Shown here: piece by piece, positions 50,067 through 63,363 of the stretch
How the letters are laid out: each line of letters starts with the position of its first letter
Numbering within the stretch: position 1 is the stretch's first letter
DNA from: Felis catus
Lineage: Eukaryota
Direction of reading: 5' to 3'
NCBI RefSeq assembly: GCF_018350175.1
Contig: NC_058368.1
Span: forward strand, 92,630,001-92,694,000
DNA length: 64,000 bases
Program-made: the position numbers and the translations under genes
The notes under the pieces: model-generated
The model's database searches: none
Seen by the model: the letters and a program-made list of their open reading frames with translations, nothing else
Told to the model about the DNA's origin: nothing

Positions 50067-50439
50067 TTTATAGATGTAATAACATTATATAAATAGGAAA
50101 GCAAGACGATGAGGAACGTGAAATCTGTGCTAATGCCTACCTCCAGTAGGGAGAAGCCGGGGGACCATATGGTTCATTAGACCCAAGTCAGTGGCAAGGT
50201 CCCAGCTGTGTTTTGGCTTAGGGCCAGGTACACATACTTCTTACATTATTAAAAATAACTAGTAAATAATGAAGTGTGGCTGGGACTACATGAGCTAATG
50301 ATGACAGTAGATGCTAAGCCAAATATTAAGACTAGTCCTGTTGTATGTACTGTGGTCCAAAGTTAGCAGGTAGGAAAGAACACAGGTAGGCACCTCAGTC
50401 AGAGGGCAGGGAGCTGGATGTTTTTAAGGAGGAGAACAA

Positions 50440-51350
50440 TGACCCGAGTAAGGGCGGGCCAGGAGATCATGCTGGGCCTTGGACATCAAGGGAAAGAATG
50501 AATGGTTTTGAGCAGGGAGTGAAATGACTGGGTTTAAGATTTTAAAAGACCCCTCTGGATGCTGTGTGGAGAACAGACTCTGGGACCCTCACTTGCAGTG
50601 GTAGAGAGAAAAGGGTGGCGGGGGTGTGACCTTGTTTCTGCAAGTTATATACTACACTGGGGGCCAGCCTGGGGGTCAAGTGGAAGGGTTGCAATTCAGC
50701 CCGTGTCCCGCTTGCCGGTGGACATCCTTGTGCTGAGCGGTGAAGGCCTGGAGGGAGGGCACCTTCTCATCTGTGCTCAGAGGGCTCTGTTGGCCAGGAG
50801 TAGCCCAGTGGTGGATCAGGCTGATAACAATAAACTTGAAGTGAGTATGTTTAGGATGTGTTTTGGAGGCAGAATGGACAGGTCTGTGGATGGAGTGGAT
50901 GTAGGGATTTGAAAGGGAAGGAGAAGAGTCAAAAATAACCCCTGGATATTTATTTGACTGTGAGGAGATCAATTCTGTTCCTAGAGAAGAGGAAGCCCGG
51001 GTGAGGCAAGAAAATCATATTTTAGATATATTAATTTTGAAATGCTGTTAGAGGGCCAGGTAAAAATCCTGGGTCGGGAGCCAGGTGTGAGTCTGAAGGT
51101 TGAGGGAGAATTTGGGGTGACAGACATTCCTGGGTTGGGAGCCGGGTATGAGTCTGAAGCTTGAGGGAGAATTTGGGGGGACAGACATAAATGTGGGAAC
51201 TATAAACCTGCCTATGGTGGAGTTCGAGTTCCTCCACTTGGTTGTCATTGTCAGATTGGGAATTCCTTTGGGGCAGAGAAATTTTTGTCTTTCTTATCCC
51301 CAGAGAGTGTAAAGTAAAATAGATTATCGGTAAGCGCGGGTTGACCAGAT
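50440..51350 (-). mobile_element. L2 fragments
   Basis: ggttttgagcagggagtga...gatgctgtgtggagaacagact...gagtctgaag L2-like motifs. Confidence 0.6.
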
Positions 51351-52094
51351 GACTGAGGATATAAATACTGTAAGTGTGAAGGAATTGAGGGGAAGTGGGG
51401 AAGTGTCCCAGGGGTCTGGACCCCAGCAGTGTCTAAAGGTGGAGACTGTGTGGTTTTCAATCCTTCCTGAGGGTAAAGCAGGTCTGATGGTGGTGCCAGC
51501 CCCTTAGGAGGGTATGACCCAGGGTTCTTGGGGCCAGTGTCACATGTGGGTACCCAGAGTTATTCAGAGCAGCCAGAAATGGTGAGGAGTAGGGAGTGAA
51601 GATACAGAGCAGCCGGGAGAGCCCCGAGGGTCAGAGAAGGACGATGAGGGGGCATTGAGCTAGACATGGGAACTCCGTAGCATGCAGAGGCCCGTGGGCA
51701 TAGGGACGGAGTGAAATCAGGAAGAGGAGAGAGGACCTTCTGGTGCCAGGCCTGAGCGACTGGCCCTGCTCTATTGCATTAGGGCCTGACAAGGTTCTCC
51801 TGTGTCACCATGTCCCATCACCCTGCTGACATTGAGCCCCCAGCACTCCCACGTCATTGTAGTTCACCTCTCTTTGATTGTCAGTCCCCTCCCCTTATCC
51901 CTATTCACTGTCCTGTCTGTAGCACCAGCATAGTGGCTGGCTCATGGTATGTGTGCAGGATCACAGAACGGAGAGACGGAGGAGGGGGAGAAATTCTCGC
52001 TTGCTTGGCCAATCAAGAGGAGAGCACCCCGTTCTCATTAATGATGAAGGCACAGGACCTCTCTTTCTTCAGTCAAGTCTACTATTGCTTAAGA

Positions 52095-52322
52095 CTATAG
52101 GCTTTGGAGGAAGAACAGAGCGAGAGTTCAATTCTGGCTCTACCATATGGAGCTTGGGGAGGCCACCGAACCTCTCTGAGTTCCTCCATTTCTTCATCTA
52201 TAAAATGTGGATAGGAACAAAAGCTCCTTTCTATTGTCATTGTGAGTTTTCACTGAGATAATGAGGTGAACCTTCTTAGTGCAGTGCCTGGCATGTAATA
52301 AGCCTCCAAAGTTTAGCTGTTA
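52095..52322 (+). mobile_element. MIR
   Basis: gagttcaattctggctctacca...ttcttcatctataaaatgtggata...cagtgcctggcatgtaataag. Confidence 0.75.
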
Positions 52323-54214
52323 TGATCTTCCAGGGCATTTCACTATCAATACCTCCTGTGTTGACCGAAGTTAAGGCATGCTTCTAATTTTGAGAATTTA
52401 GGCTCTTTGTCCCAAGCAGCCCATGCTCTGGCAGTGAGGTAGTGGCCATTTTTGGCAGATGGGAAACCGTCCCTGGGCACACAGGCATTTGCAGTTTCCT
52501 CTCTCACATTATGTCACATGGTTTTCCACTGCACGTAATTCACGGCCAGCCAGGAGTCTGAATAACAGTGAAGATTCAGAATTTATTCATTCAACATTCC
52601 ATCAACAGTGACTGAATATCTTCCTATGTAAATGGAGACGCAGTGATGACTAACACACGGTCCCTGCTTTCAAGGAAATCACAGTCTACTTAGGGAGGCA
52701 GATAAATACACAACTAGAACCTACACATTCATGGGATCACTTTTGGTGCAGGCCTCCAACCCCAAGACCTCCGTTCCCCCCCCCCCCCCCGCCGCCCTGC
52801 CCATTCCCCCAGTGCTGGGAAGAATGATGTGAACTTAGTACTAGTGAGAGTCCCTTGTGTCTACACATATACTTACAATGTACAAATCACGTTCACTTTG
52901 AGTTATTACGTGTGGTTTTCCTACCAGCTTTGTGAAATAGGTAGAGCTTCCTGCTCTCATTTTATGAATGAAATCCAAAACTCCATTGAGTAGCTGCTTT
53001 GAAGTAAGGCAGACTGCCTTATGTGGGACACTGCCATGACCTGTCTTCCAGCCTCTATCATTGCCCTTCCATTGTTCTTATTCAGGGATCTGTCTAGCTC
53101 ACCATCCTTGGGGGCTGAGGGTTTAGTTTTGATTCTGAGTTCACACCCTTGGGTTGGATGGCCAAGTTTAGCCTGCCTGTTGCGACCTTTGCCCTCTGGA
53201 GACTCAAGCTGACCACTCGTCCGTGCAGGTGACTTTGTGCAACTCTGCCAATCTCCAGGCCACCATCTTGGTATTTACTGGCCAGGAGGGCAAAGCCCAG
53301 GTAGGGGTTCACGATGGTTCCCTTGGGGGAAGGGATCAGTGATAGACGCTAGGTTGCTGAGCTGTGCTTGGGCAGCTGGGAAGCAGAGGAAGCGGCAGGG
53401 GAAGCAATCTTTTCATTTCTCAGTAGTAGAGCTGGCTGATTCTCTGGGCTGGGGCACAAGTATATGAGTCACTGTAGCCTCCCTACAAATGGAATGACTT
53501 CCATTTTATCAGAGAGGCTTAATGACGATGGGTCACTTGCAAAATACATGAGAGCCTTCTATAGACAATACGTGTGATTACAAACTGGCATATGGGTATT
53601 TACGTAAGGAATATGTCTCCTTAAAAAACTTAGTCGGGGAAAGTAAAGCTCATAGTCGTATCTGCTGCATGATCGTCACACGGGAAAGTGAGTTTGCTGA
53701 GAGCCTGTGTTTTTCCAGTCTACATCATCTTTGAATTTAAATAGGAAGTTTGTGAAACAGGGAGAAATAAAAGCCATCATTTATCAAAAAGGAGTTCTTC
53801 TGAGAAGGGCTTTTTAAATTCCATTTGCCTTACTGAGTTAGGGATCAAGTTATAGGTTAATTGACAGGTGAGGAAGTCCTCCTGAAAATTTCTGTTCTGT
53901 GTGCAGGAAGAGTAGTCTGATTAGCAAAAATTCTGTGTGTGAGGGTTTGAAGAAATACCTTTGTTTTACTTTCAATTTATGCAGTAATAGGACCAACAAA
54001 GTGTCTTGCATTCGAGTCTTTTCCTTGTGGATTAGCATCAGTTGAATATAAACCGGTAAGTCCTTAAAACGTTTATTTTTGTTTTAAGGTGGTTAAAATT
54101 TGAGGGTGTTGATTTGCTTGGGATAGCTCTTCATTGTACTGAGGTACACTTAGGTACTTGGGTAAATTGGTTCAAAAGAGCCTAATTTTGAAATCTCTGA
54201 AACCTAGATCATTC

Positions 54215-54445
54215 TTTCTTTTTTAAAACATTTTTTTAATGTTTATTTAATTTTGAGAGGCAGAGACAGAGCGCGAGCAGGGAGGGGAGGGGCAGAGAGA
54301 GGGAGACACAGAATCTGAAGCAGGCTCCAGGCTCTGAGTGAGCTGTCAGCACAAAGCCAGGCACGGGGCTTGAACTCACGAACTGTGAGATCACGACCCG
54401 AGCTGAAGTCGGATGCTTCACCAACTGAGCCACTCAGGCGCCCCC
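54215..54445 (-). mobile_element. Can-SINE
   Basis: TSD aaccta(g/c)atcattctt. Confidence 0.92.
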
Positions 54446-55367
54446 AACCTACATCATTCTTACTGTAAATTCAAATTGAAAACCGAGCATCCGGTCACGG
54501 ATAAAGCTGGATTTTTTTTGCCGAACTTAAAGGGAAAGATTTTTTTTTTCCCACTTCCAGGTTGGAGAAAATGTTACCACGTGACTTGTATTGATGGGTT
54601 TGGGCTGTTCTGGAGGCCACAGGCCTTGCCAACTGCAGACTGCTGTGCTCGGAACACCCTTCGCACCCCGGCCTCTGTTGTGGGTGTGCAAATTGTTTTA
54701 TACAGCCCCTCCAATAAATGGGAAAAAAAGTAAGCCCCAAATGATGATCACGTGAGTGGAGATGCTGGCTGCTCTGGGTCAAGACGTAGCTGGTCAGTTG
54801 GCATTGATTGAATCCTCCTGCTAGGCTTTCTACCTCTTCCTGCAAACCAGAAACCTGATTGTCCCTTGTGTGGGATGGTGGAGATTGGTGAAGACACAAG
54901 CATCTTACCACAGGCAGACCAGATGAGTGTTTCTCAGATTCATGCTTTCAAAACACAGATTCCTGGGCCCTACTCTCTGAGATTCTGACTCAGTGTCTGA
55001 ATTTCCCCACATGTTTGTGTCTAACAAGGGTCCTGGTGATGCCAATGTTGTAGGGCGGTTGAACGTGCCGAGCACTTCAAAGTGTCATAACTTTGAAGGA
55101 AGTCAGTTGGCAACAGTGGAAATGCTGTTCAGAAACGGAATTCACCAGAACACGACCAGTAGAGCAGAGGCAGATGAGGCAGTGTTGACTGAGGGTGACC
55201 CACTGTCCACTTTGACCAGACAGTCCTGGTTTTAGCACTAAAAGCCACGTGTTCCAGGGAAACCACTCTGTCCCAGGCATGTGGGAAGGTTGGTCACCCC
55301 AAAAGCATGCTAGGTTGGCTTATCATAGCTGCTTTATCGTGCTTGAAGTGATTGTGTTTCACTTACA

Positions 55368-55590
55368 TTTTATTTAAATTTAATTTTTTAATTATTTATT
55401 TTTGAGAGAGAGGGAGAGATAGAGCATGAGTGGGGGTGGGGCAGAGAAAGAGGGAGACACAGAATCTGAAGAGGCTCCAGGCTCTGAGCTGTCAGCATAG
55501 AGCCCGATGTGTGGCTTAAACTCACGAACCATGAGATCATGACCTGAGCCAAAGTTGCACACTTAACCGACCGAGCCACCCAGGCGCCCC
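55368..55590 (-). mobile_element. Can-SINE
   Basis: TSD tgtgtttcactta. Confidence 0.92.
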
Positions 55591-55727
55591 TGTGTTTCAC
55601 TTAAATTTTAAACCCAAGACAAGCCACAGTGCATACGGTGAAATGACATACAACCATGTACAGTTGTGGCCTGCCAGGTGGAATCTTCAGCTTTTTAAAA
55701 TCTCTTTTCTCACAAGTTCTGGTAGAT

Positions 55728-55928
55728 CAAGGGTACCCAAACTTGCCTTTACTTTGGAATTACCTGGGGAGCTTAAAAACAACAACAGAAGCCTGTGGTC
55801 TACACCTACCCAATTGTGAATTAATTGGTTTAGGGTGTGCCCTAAATTGGCTTTAGGTGCGGCTCATAGAGTTTTTCAAGGTCCCGGGATGATTTTTACT
55901 CTGCAGGCGGGTCCGGAGATCGCCGTAG
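55728..55928. mobile_element. MER5-like hAT MITE
   Basis: ttggaattacctggggagcttaaaaa...gaattaattggtttagggtg pattern; a similar relic at about 54925-55070. Confidence 0.6.
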
Positions 55929-55989
55929 TCTATGGTCATCAAAGACGGAGCCCTGCATACCTCCCTCTGTCTGGAGAGGTGCCATTATC

Positions 55990-56980
55990 ACATTGAGAGA
56001 TAGTATATCTTTCCTGTTCCTTGAGTCACGGCTGCCTTTGTGACTTGTTTTGAACAATAAGAATCGATGGAAGTGAATTCTGGAGCTTGAGAGGCCAGGC
56101 CATAAGAGAACTGGTAGCTTTTGTTTCTTCTTGGAAGCCAGCCTGCCTGTGAGAGATCAGACTGCCCTGAGCACACACTGCTGTGAGGAGGCCGCAGCTC
56201 ACCTGGGGGAGGTGAGCCACCTTGCAAAGGCGCGGGGAGGCCCAGAGAGGTGAGTGACACTTTCTTGGATCTTCTAGTGTTGCAGGATTTTTTACCACAA
56301 TACCCAGGATTCGTTGTCTCGCCACTTGGAAGAACGAAGAGGTGGACACAAAATGAGCAGCAGGCCAAGGTTTAATAGAATATAAGTTCCGGAAGGAAGA
56401 GTAGTAGGAAAGCTCTCTTTATAGAGAGGGGACATTGGAAAATGAATGCCTGAGGACGCTAGGCCAGGATCCTTGTTTTATAAGGTTCTGATCAGCCCCC
56501 CTTCGTGCCTTCCCCCTAGTTCCTTCTCAGGTTCTACCCTTATTGGTTTGATAGCTCCAGGTGCTGGGCTGCCCATTCCTGACTGGCTCCATTGCATTGC
56601 GTGAGGGGTGGTCTATGGCCATACTTAGGTCTTTTGTCAAATTCCTGAGGGAAACCCTTGGGGGAGGAGGTGGGCTCTGTTACATTCTGAAGAGGAACCT
56701 CTCGCCTGTGGGGATTTGCTGTGGTCAGACGTTCCCAGCACCTTTCCAAAATAGGTGTTTTTCCCCACCCAGGGACCTCAGGCCCTAACCTTGCCCTCTC
56801 TGCCTACTGACTCCCATCTTCTCTCATCATACTAACCCAGCCAACAGCTGAATTTGGCCACTCGAGTGACTCCAGCTGCGGCCGCCAGGATTGGAACCAT
56901 GAGGGCCAGACCCCCTCATCTTTGCCTTAAGTCATTTCATTTTGGGTGGTTTGCTATGGAACAATATATAGCTCAAGCAC
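55990..56980 (+). mobile_element. Old MLT1 LTR split by a nested ERV LTR
   Basis: MLT1-like flanks rejoin as cttggatcttcta|cccagcc; end ttttgggtggtttgctatg. Confidence 0.65.
56278..56831 (-). mobile_element. Solo ERV (ERV1-like) LTR
   Basis: TG at the left end; 4-bp TSD-like ctag/ctaa; minus-strand CCAAT (56542-56546), TATAAAA (56476-56482) and ATTAAA (56371-56376) in LTR order. Confidence 0.75.
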
Positions 56981-57129
56981 AAGTGTATTCCTTGCACTTA
57001 CTGGTAATAAAAATAGAAAGGGGGCATTTCGGAAGGCCTGTGTAAATGAGGACTAGTTTGCTGTCTCCAGGTTAAAGTGCAAAGCCAGGCTATACTGTTG
57101 AATATTAGAAGGGAAATCATTAATTATAA

Positions 57130-57349
57130 ATTTTTTATTTTATTATTATTTTTTTAATGTTTATTTTTGAGAGAGAGACAGAGTGTGAGTGGAGGAGAGG
57201 CAGAGAGAGAGGGAGACACAGAATTTGAAGCAGGCTCCAGGCTCTGAGCTGTCAGCACAGAGCCTGACGTGGGGCTCAAAATCACGGGCTGTGAGATCAT
57301 GACCTGAGCCGAAGTCAGACGCTTAACTGACTGAGCTACCCATGTGTCC
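57130..57349 (-). mobile_element. Can-SINE
   Basis: Full length. Confidence 0.9.
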
Positions 57350-59394
57350 CGAAGTTATGAATTATATTAATAAGATGATTGGCGATAGCGTGCAGGGAGA
57401 TTTCACTGTTTCCAGCGTGGTGGCTTCAACAATGCCCCACTCTTACAGCTTCCCGAAAGGAGAGCTGAAGGCAGTGCTCAGAGTGCTGTTTGTGTGTCCG
57501 GGGTGTGCACCATCCTGGGGCATGGAGGTGAACAAGGCAAGAGAGAAGGCGACGTGATGCTGTTGAATGCCACGTATCCACACACTAGCTGCTGTTTAAC
57601 AGTGAGCTGGCATGAAGCACACTGTTCTGGGGCTTCTTGCAAAGGAGGAACCATTCTTTGGGGTAGTTCGTGGAAAGAAAGAGAAAGAGGAACATAGCTT
57701 CCCAGCTTCCTCTTACTTTTTCATGGAGGACGTTTTACCCCATAGGGGTGCTGATGCCATGTACTCCTGGCTCTCAGGGGCTGCTCAGGAATCCAGACAC
57801 AGCCACGCAATACGTTGTTTTTTTCCCAAGCCCGAAAATGGAGGGATGCCTGTGTGTGGATGCGGTGCTCACCAAGAGAGGCACAGGAGGAAGACGGTGA
57901 GGGAATCTGAGAAGGTGCAAAATATTTTTGTGTGGTTTTTGCTGGTTTGGTTTTTACCAACACAGATACTATGGGTTATCTTGCGTCGTTACTCCTCTTG
58001 CGGACTCTGTTCTGAAGCTGAGATTACCCGTTGGTATAGATTCCCATTCTGCTGTTAGCCGTATGCGTGGTATGAATTCCAGCGCAAATGCAGTATTAGT
58101 CTTTTCCCGCCCAGTTATCCGACAGAACACTCTCCCTGGACGTTTGCAACATGGTCGCATCAGCTCCGCTTTCATCTTGGTGCTAATTTTACTGTTTTGC
58201 AGTCTTTTCTGGTAGAGAAGACAGCGTGTGCATGCTTTATAGCCTTGCGAGTAGACACCAGTGAGCTGTCGCTTCTGAACGTCTGTCTTTTTTGATGAGC
58301 TGTTACCTCTTTTCTGAGTCAGGTCTTTTTTTTTTTTTTTTTTTTTTTGCAACGGGGAAAGAGAGTTTTGAGTATAAACATGATGCCACGGTTAGTTATT
58401 TCATGAGGCTGGAAGTTTCCTAAATATCACTGGCTTTCTATGACTGGTACCGTTATATTTTGCAACCTAGTCCCACCTTGACTGTGGGAGCCTTTCTGGC
58501 AGGGGATCAAACGTCCGTTTAACACGCTGAGTCGTTTCTTGTTCGGCGCATCGTTTTTCTGGAGCAAAATTGTTTTCCTTGGTTTCTCTGCAATGTGTTG
58601 ATGAAACTTTTCTCTTTTTTTTCTTTCTTTCTTTCTTTTTTTTTTATGCTTTTAATTGCTTCGTGTACATAAGCGGCAAAGATCACCTAACTTCAAAAGG
58701 GTGGACAAAAAGAATTTGGCCGCAGTTACAGTCTGTGGAGTTAATCTGGCCATTGCTTTTCCTGTGGACGAGTAACCCCTGCTTCTGTTTCCCATAATTG
58801 AGGTGATGGATTGACTGCAGTGACAGCCACCATTTTCCTTTCCTGTTGAGGGTACTGAGTGGTGAGCTCCCTCTCATTTTTAATAGAAATATTTCTAAGC
58901 CGTAAGCATGAAACACCGATGAAACAGAGCAAGATAGAAAGGTTTGGAGAACACCTCATACGTGAGTTCCCTCCTCATGTTGAAGCATGTCCGGGGTCTT
59001 TTGGTAAAGAAAAGTCCTAAGCCTGTGGTATCGTTTTTTAGCGCCCCTTCCCATGTTCACCTTATTCTCAAATGGAGGACATGTGGCATGCCCTTAGTGT
59101 CCAGGTAGTAGTCTATGCTTCCTAGGAGGCTGGAAGTGAGCAAGTGATAGATCTTTGGACCTAATTGTTGCTGTTGAATGAAAGGTAAACTCTGTATGTG
59201 AAGATAACAGAGGTGTTGTCTTACTGGACTCTGCTTTAGTGAGTGAAAGAGCTCCAATTCAAGGAGACTCAAAAAAAGGAATTGGTTGGCTCAGAGAAGA
59301 CCAAGGCTGTGTGTAGGACCACCTTGTGTCCAGGATTCAAGCAGTGATAGAACTCTCCCTTTTTCTTGCCGTTATTTATTTTTTTAAGAGACTT

Positions 59395-59921
59395 TTAATT
59401 TAATTTAATTTTTTAAAATTTACCTCAAATTAGTTAGCATATAGTGCAACAATGATTTCAGGAGTAGATTTCTTAGTGCCCCTTACCCAGTTAGCCCACC
59501 CCCCTCCCACAAACCCTCCAGTAACCCTCTGTTTCTTCTCCATATTAATGAGTCTCTTCTGTTTTGTCCCCCTCCCTGTTTTCAGATTATTTTTGTTTCC
59601 CTTCCCTTATGTTCCTCTGTTTTGTCTCTTAAAGTCCTCATGTGAGTGAAGTCATAGGATTTTTGTCTTTCTGACTGACTAATTTCACTTAGCATAATAC
59701 CCTCCAGTTCCATTCATGTAGTTGCAAATGGCAAGATTTCATTCTTTTTGGTTGCCGAGTAATACTCCATTGTATATATGTATACCACATGTTCTTTATC
59801 CATTCATCCAATGATACACATTTGGGCTCATACTTTGGCTATTGTGGATAGTGCTGCTAGAAACATAGGGGTGCGTGTGCCCCTTCGAAACAGCATACCT
59901 GTATCCCTTGGATAAATATCT
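59395..59921 (-). mobile_element. Carnivore L1 3' end
   Basis: L1 3' UTR and ORF2 end, antisense. Confidence 0.9.
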
Positions 59922-61164
59922 GATTTCCTCATGAAAAATTCAAGATGCTGTACAGAAAAATGGAAAAGGGTGTCAGACTGATAGAAACAAAAACAATAAA
60001 GCAAAACAAAAACAAAAAAAACTCCTGAAAAACAAAGTCAAAACAAACAAACACACAAAAGACCAAAAAAACCCCAAATACCTGCTGCTCTGGGAGAGTA
60101 GCAAAAAAACTTCAGCTTTGAGAACTCACATACCTAATTTTGACAGTTACCTGACATTGAACCCAAGTTTCAGGGGTAGAGAATCACATTAACTGAGCCA
60201 AGAGAGACTGATGTATAAACCAAGTGCTGATTTATTATTTTATGATGAGAAGGGCATTCAAATAACTTCAAATGCCAATGTTGGCAGAGAAGTCCACTTT
60301 TTTCCTCTTAGGCATGCCATGAGAGAAGCCAATCATAAGAAATCTGTTAAACAAGGATGGGTTGGAAAAAGGGGAGATAGTGTAATGGTCCACAGTAGAA
60401 TCTGCCTCGGGATCCCGAGAACTGGGATTCCTAGGGACAGAACAGCGTTGTTCTGGGTGGTACGCAGAGAGTCTCTGTGAGAATTGGGGCTTTTTTTTTG
60501 GTCAGTCTTTAGCAAAGTGTGGCCCTAACCCACTGCATGAGAGTCATCGGAAGGTTGACAAAATGCCGATTTCTGTTTTCACCCAGACTTCCTGAACTGA
60601 AACCGATGAAAGCAGTCTACATTTTCCATCTCTCCCTCCCCTGGTTTTCCCTCTGTCCTATGAGACTTACTCCTCTAAAGCTAATCAAACCCTTCTGTTC
60701 ACACAGTCTTTATTCTAGCAGGATGTAGATAATTAGATTTCTACTTAATGAATTATTAAACATCTCGGTTTTGACTACCTTTCGTAGCTCTCCATTTAAA
60801 GTATTTTTAGATTCATTTTAATTCTAAACTTCTGACAGCACAATTTGGGAAAGAATGGAAATACAGAAGTGTTTTAGTAAAATCCTCTGAAAGTTCCTTG
60901 CCATTGTTCTTTCTCTTCTGTGTATGAGGGTCCATACCCCACTCCTCCCACACAGGGGTCTGGGAATATTGTATATAACATTCAGTTCCTGCTTTATTGG
61001 CTCTAATTTAATATGAGAGCATCTCCCCATACTGTTAACTCACTCGATATTAACGTATTTCTCAAAATTTTCACTTATTTATGGGCAGAATTTTATTCCC
61101 ACAAATCATTAGTGCTGTGTACTGAGTGTAGTTTTTACAGGTGTGGAAGAAGGAGATTTTGTAT

Positions 61165-61375
61165 TTTACTTTATTTTTTATTTTTTAAAAGTATTTATTT
61201 TAGAGAGAGAGAGAATGTGTAAGCAGGGGAATGGCTGAGAGAGAGGGAGACAGAGGATCTGAAGCAGGCTCTGTGTTGCCAGGGCAGAGCCCAATGTGGG
61301 GCTTGAACTCAGGAACCTTGAGGTAATGACCTCAGCTGAAGTGGGTTGCTTAACCACCTGAGCCACCCAGGCGGC
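61165..61375 (-). mobile_element. Can-SINE
   Basis: Full length. Confidence 0.88.
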
Positions 61376-61679
61376 TCTTGTGTTTTCCATCGAGATGAAA
61401 CCTATGGAAGTGCATTTATTTTACCAACAAAAATGAACTTTTTTCCAGGAGGGAGATTTTTTTTTCAAAGTAAGTTTTTAAGGAGGGAATATTATAACAA
61501 AGTCACAGGTGTCAGGGTTGATAGTTCATTGTCACGGGGTTGTCAAGTACATTTAAGCTCCTGTTATTGAAATTGTTCACAGGCAGAACTGTTTTTGCTA
61601 TGAAATATTCTGGTGAATATATTTTCTGTAACAAATGTACTTAGCCTCAAGATCAGTTGTTCTTGAAAGAAAAGTGTTA

Positions 61680-61866
61680 GGGGCTCCTGGGGGGCTCAGT
61701 TGGTTAAGTGTCTGACTTCGGCTCAGGTCATGATCTCACATTTGTGAGTTTGAGCCCCACGTGGGGCTCTGTGCTGTCAGTCTGCTTGGGATCCTCTGTC
61801 TCCCTCGCTCTTCCCCTCCCCTGTGTGCACTCTCTCTTTCAAAAATAAATAAACATTAAAAAATAA
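61680..61866 (+). mobile_element. Can-SINE
   Basis: Head, CT tract, A tail. Confidence 0.88.
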
Positions 61867-61985
61867 AGATAACTATTGAATAAATTTCTGAATAGTTACA
61901 TGAAAGATGTCGCCCCTTCTAGAAGACAGACTTAGGCAGAAACTCAACTTTGAGCTTAGACGATAGAGAAGACATCGGGATTTTT

Positions 61986-62205
61986 TTTTTTTAATTTTTT
62001 TTCAACGTTTATTTATTTTTGGGACAGAGAGAGACAGAGCATGAACGGGGGAGGGGCAGAGAGAGAGGGAGACACAGAATCGGAAACAGGCTCCAGGCTC
62101 CGAGCCATCAGCCCAGAGCCTGACGCGGGGCTCAAACTCCCGGACCGCGAGATCGTGACCTGGCTGAAGTCGGACGCTTAACCGACTGCGCCACCCAGGC
62201 GCCCC
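61986..62205 (-). mobile_element. Young felid Can-SINE (SINEC_Fc-like)
   Basis: CpGs retained; perfect TSD AAGACATCGGGATTTTT at 61969-61985 and 62206-62222. Confidence 0.95.
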
Positions 62206-62929
62206 AAGACATCGGGATTTTTACAGAAAATTTATGGTCATATAAAAATTTTAGGGCTACGTATGGTCTCCAGTCCTATTGATGGACCATTCCAGGCCAG
62301 CTTAGCTCTGTCTACACCATGGACCTCAGATTTGCAGCCAGAGCTGCCTGGGTGTCCGTTGATGCTGTTTGTGGGGAAGAAAGCCCAGGCTTTCTTGCTT
62401 CTGATGCATACATCTCTGGGTTCCCTGCCCCCCCCCCCATCCCGCACACAGTTCCAGGACTGTGTCCTGGACACAGGACAGTGTCCGCACACTGACAGGA
62501 GCAATTTCAGGGGCTCTGCCTTCCTGGAGCTGCTGGAGGGGCCAGGGAACAATCCGGAGTGTGAGCATAGCGGAGTGCACTTCCACCAAAGAGAGAGAGG
62601 AGAGGAAGAGCCCCAGATGAATGGCTTGCCTTTCTGCTCCTACCTGCAGACTATTCCAAGATGCGGGGGGTGGGGGGGTTGGGGTTGTACAACCTGTCCG
62701 GGAACGGCGCGGAAGACCCCACAGCCAGCGTTGTCTGTGGTGAAGCCCTTGCCGGCTCGTATGTGCTCCCCTTTGGTTTCTGCCTCGCTCTTGCTTCTCT
62801 GAGATTCCACCTCACCGATACCACCCCGAGGAGAAGAGTTGGAAAAGTGCCTCTTCACCTTTTGATGGTAGTGGATAAACTAGGGATTAGCCTCTCAAAA
62901 ATACTTAGGCCAACATCTTTCCAATTCTT

Positions 62930-63170
62930 TCTTTTCTTTTATTCTTTTATTCTTTATTTTATTTTATTTTTTTTAATGTTTACTTATTTTGAGAGAGAGA
63001 GCGCATGAGCAGCAGAGGGGCAGAGAGAGAGGGAGAGAGAGAGAAGCCCAAGCAGCCTGCGTGCTGTCAGCACAGAGCCCCCGCGTGAGGCTCGAACTCA
63101 CGAATCGTAAGATCATAACCTGAGCTATAACCAAGAGTTGCAAGCTTAACCGACTGAGGCCCTCAGGCAC
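62930..63170 (-). mobile_element. Can-SINE
   Basis: SINE body. Confidence 0.85.
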
Positions 63171-63363
63171 TGCTGAGTTTAGTACAACAGCAATCTGGTG
63201 AGGCTCTACTTCCTTAATGGTGTGTATATCTACCCCTTTTTCTTGATCCCCCTCTTGCCCCTCTGGTTCAGGCTGTCAGGATCTCTGACAATTATCTCCT
63301 AACTGCACTTCCTGCTGATCTCACCAGCTTCCCATCTCTGGGGCATCATGTCTCCACAGCCTC

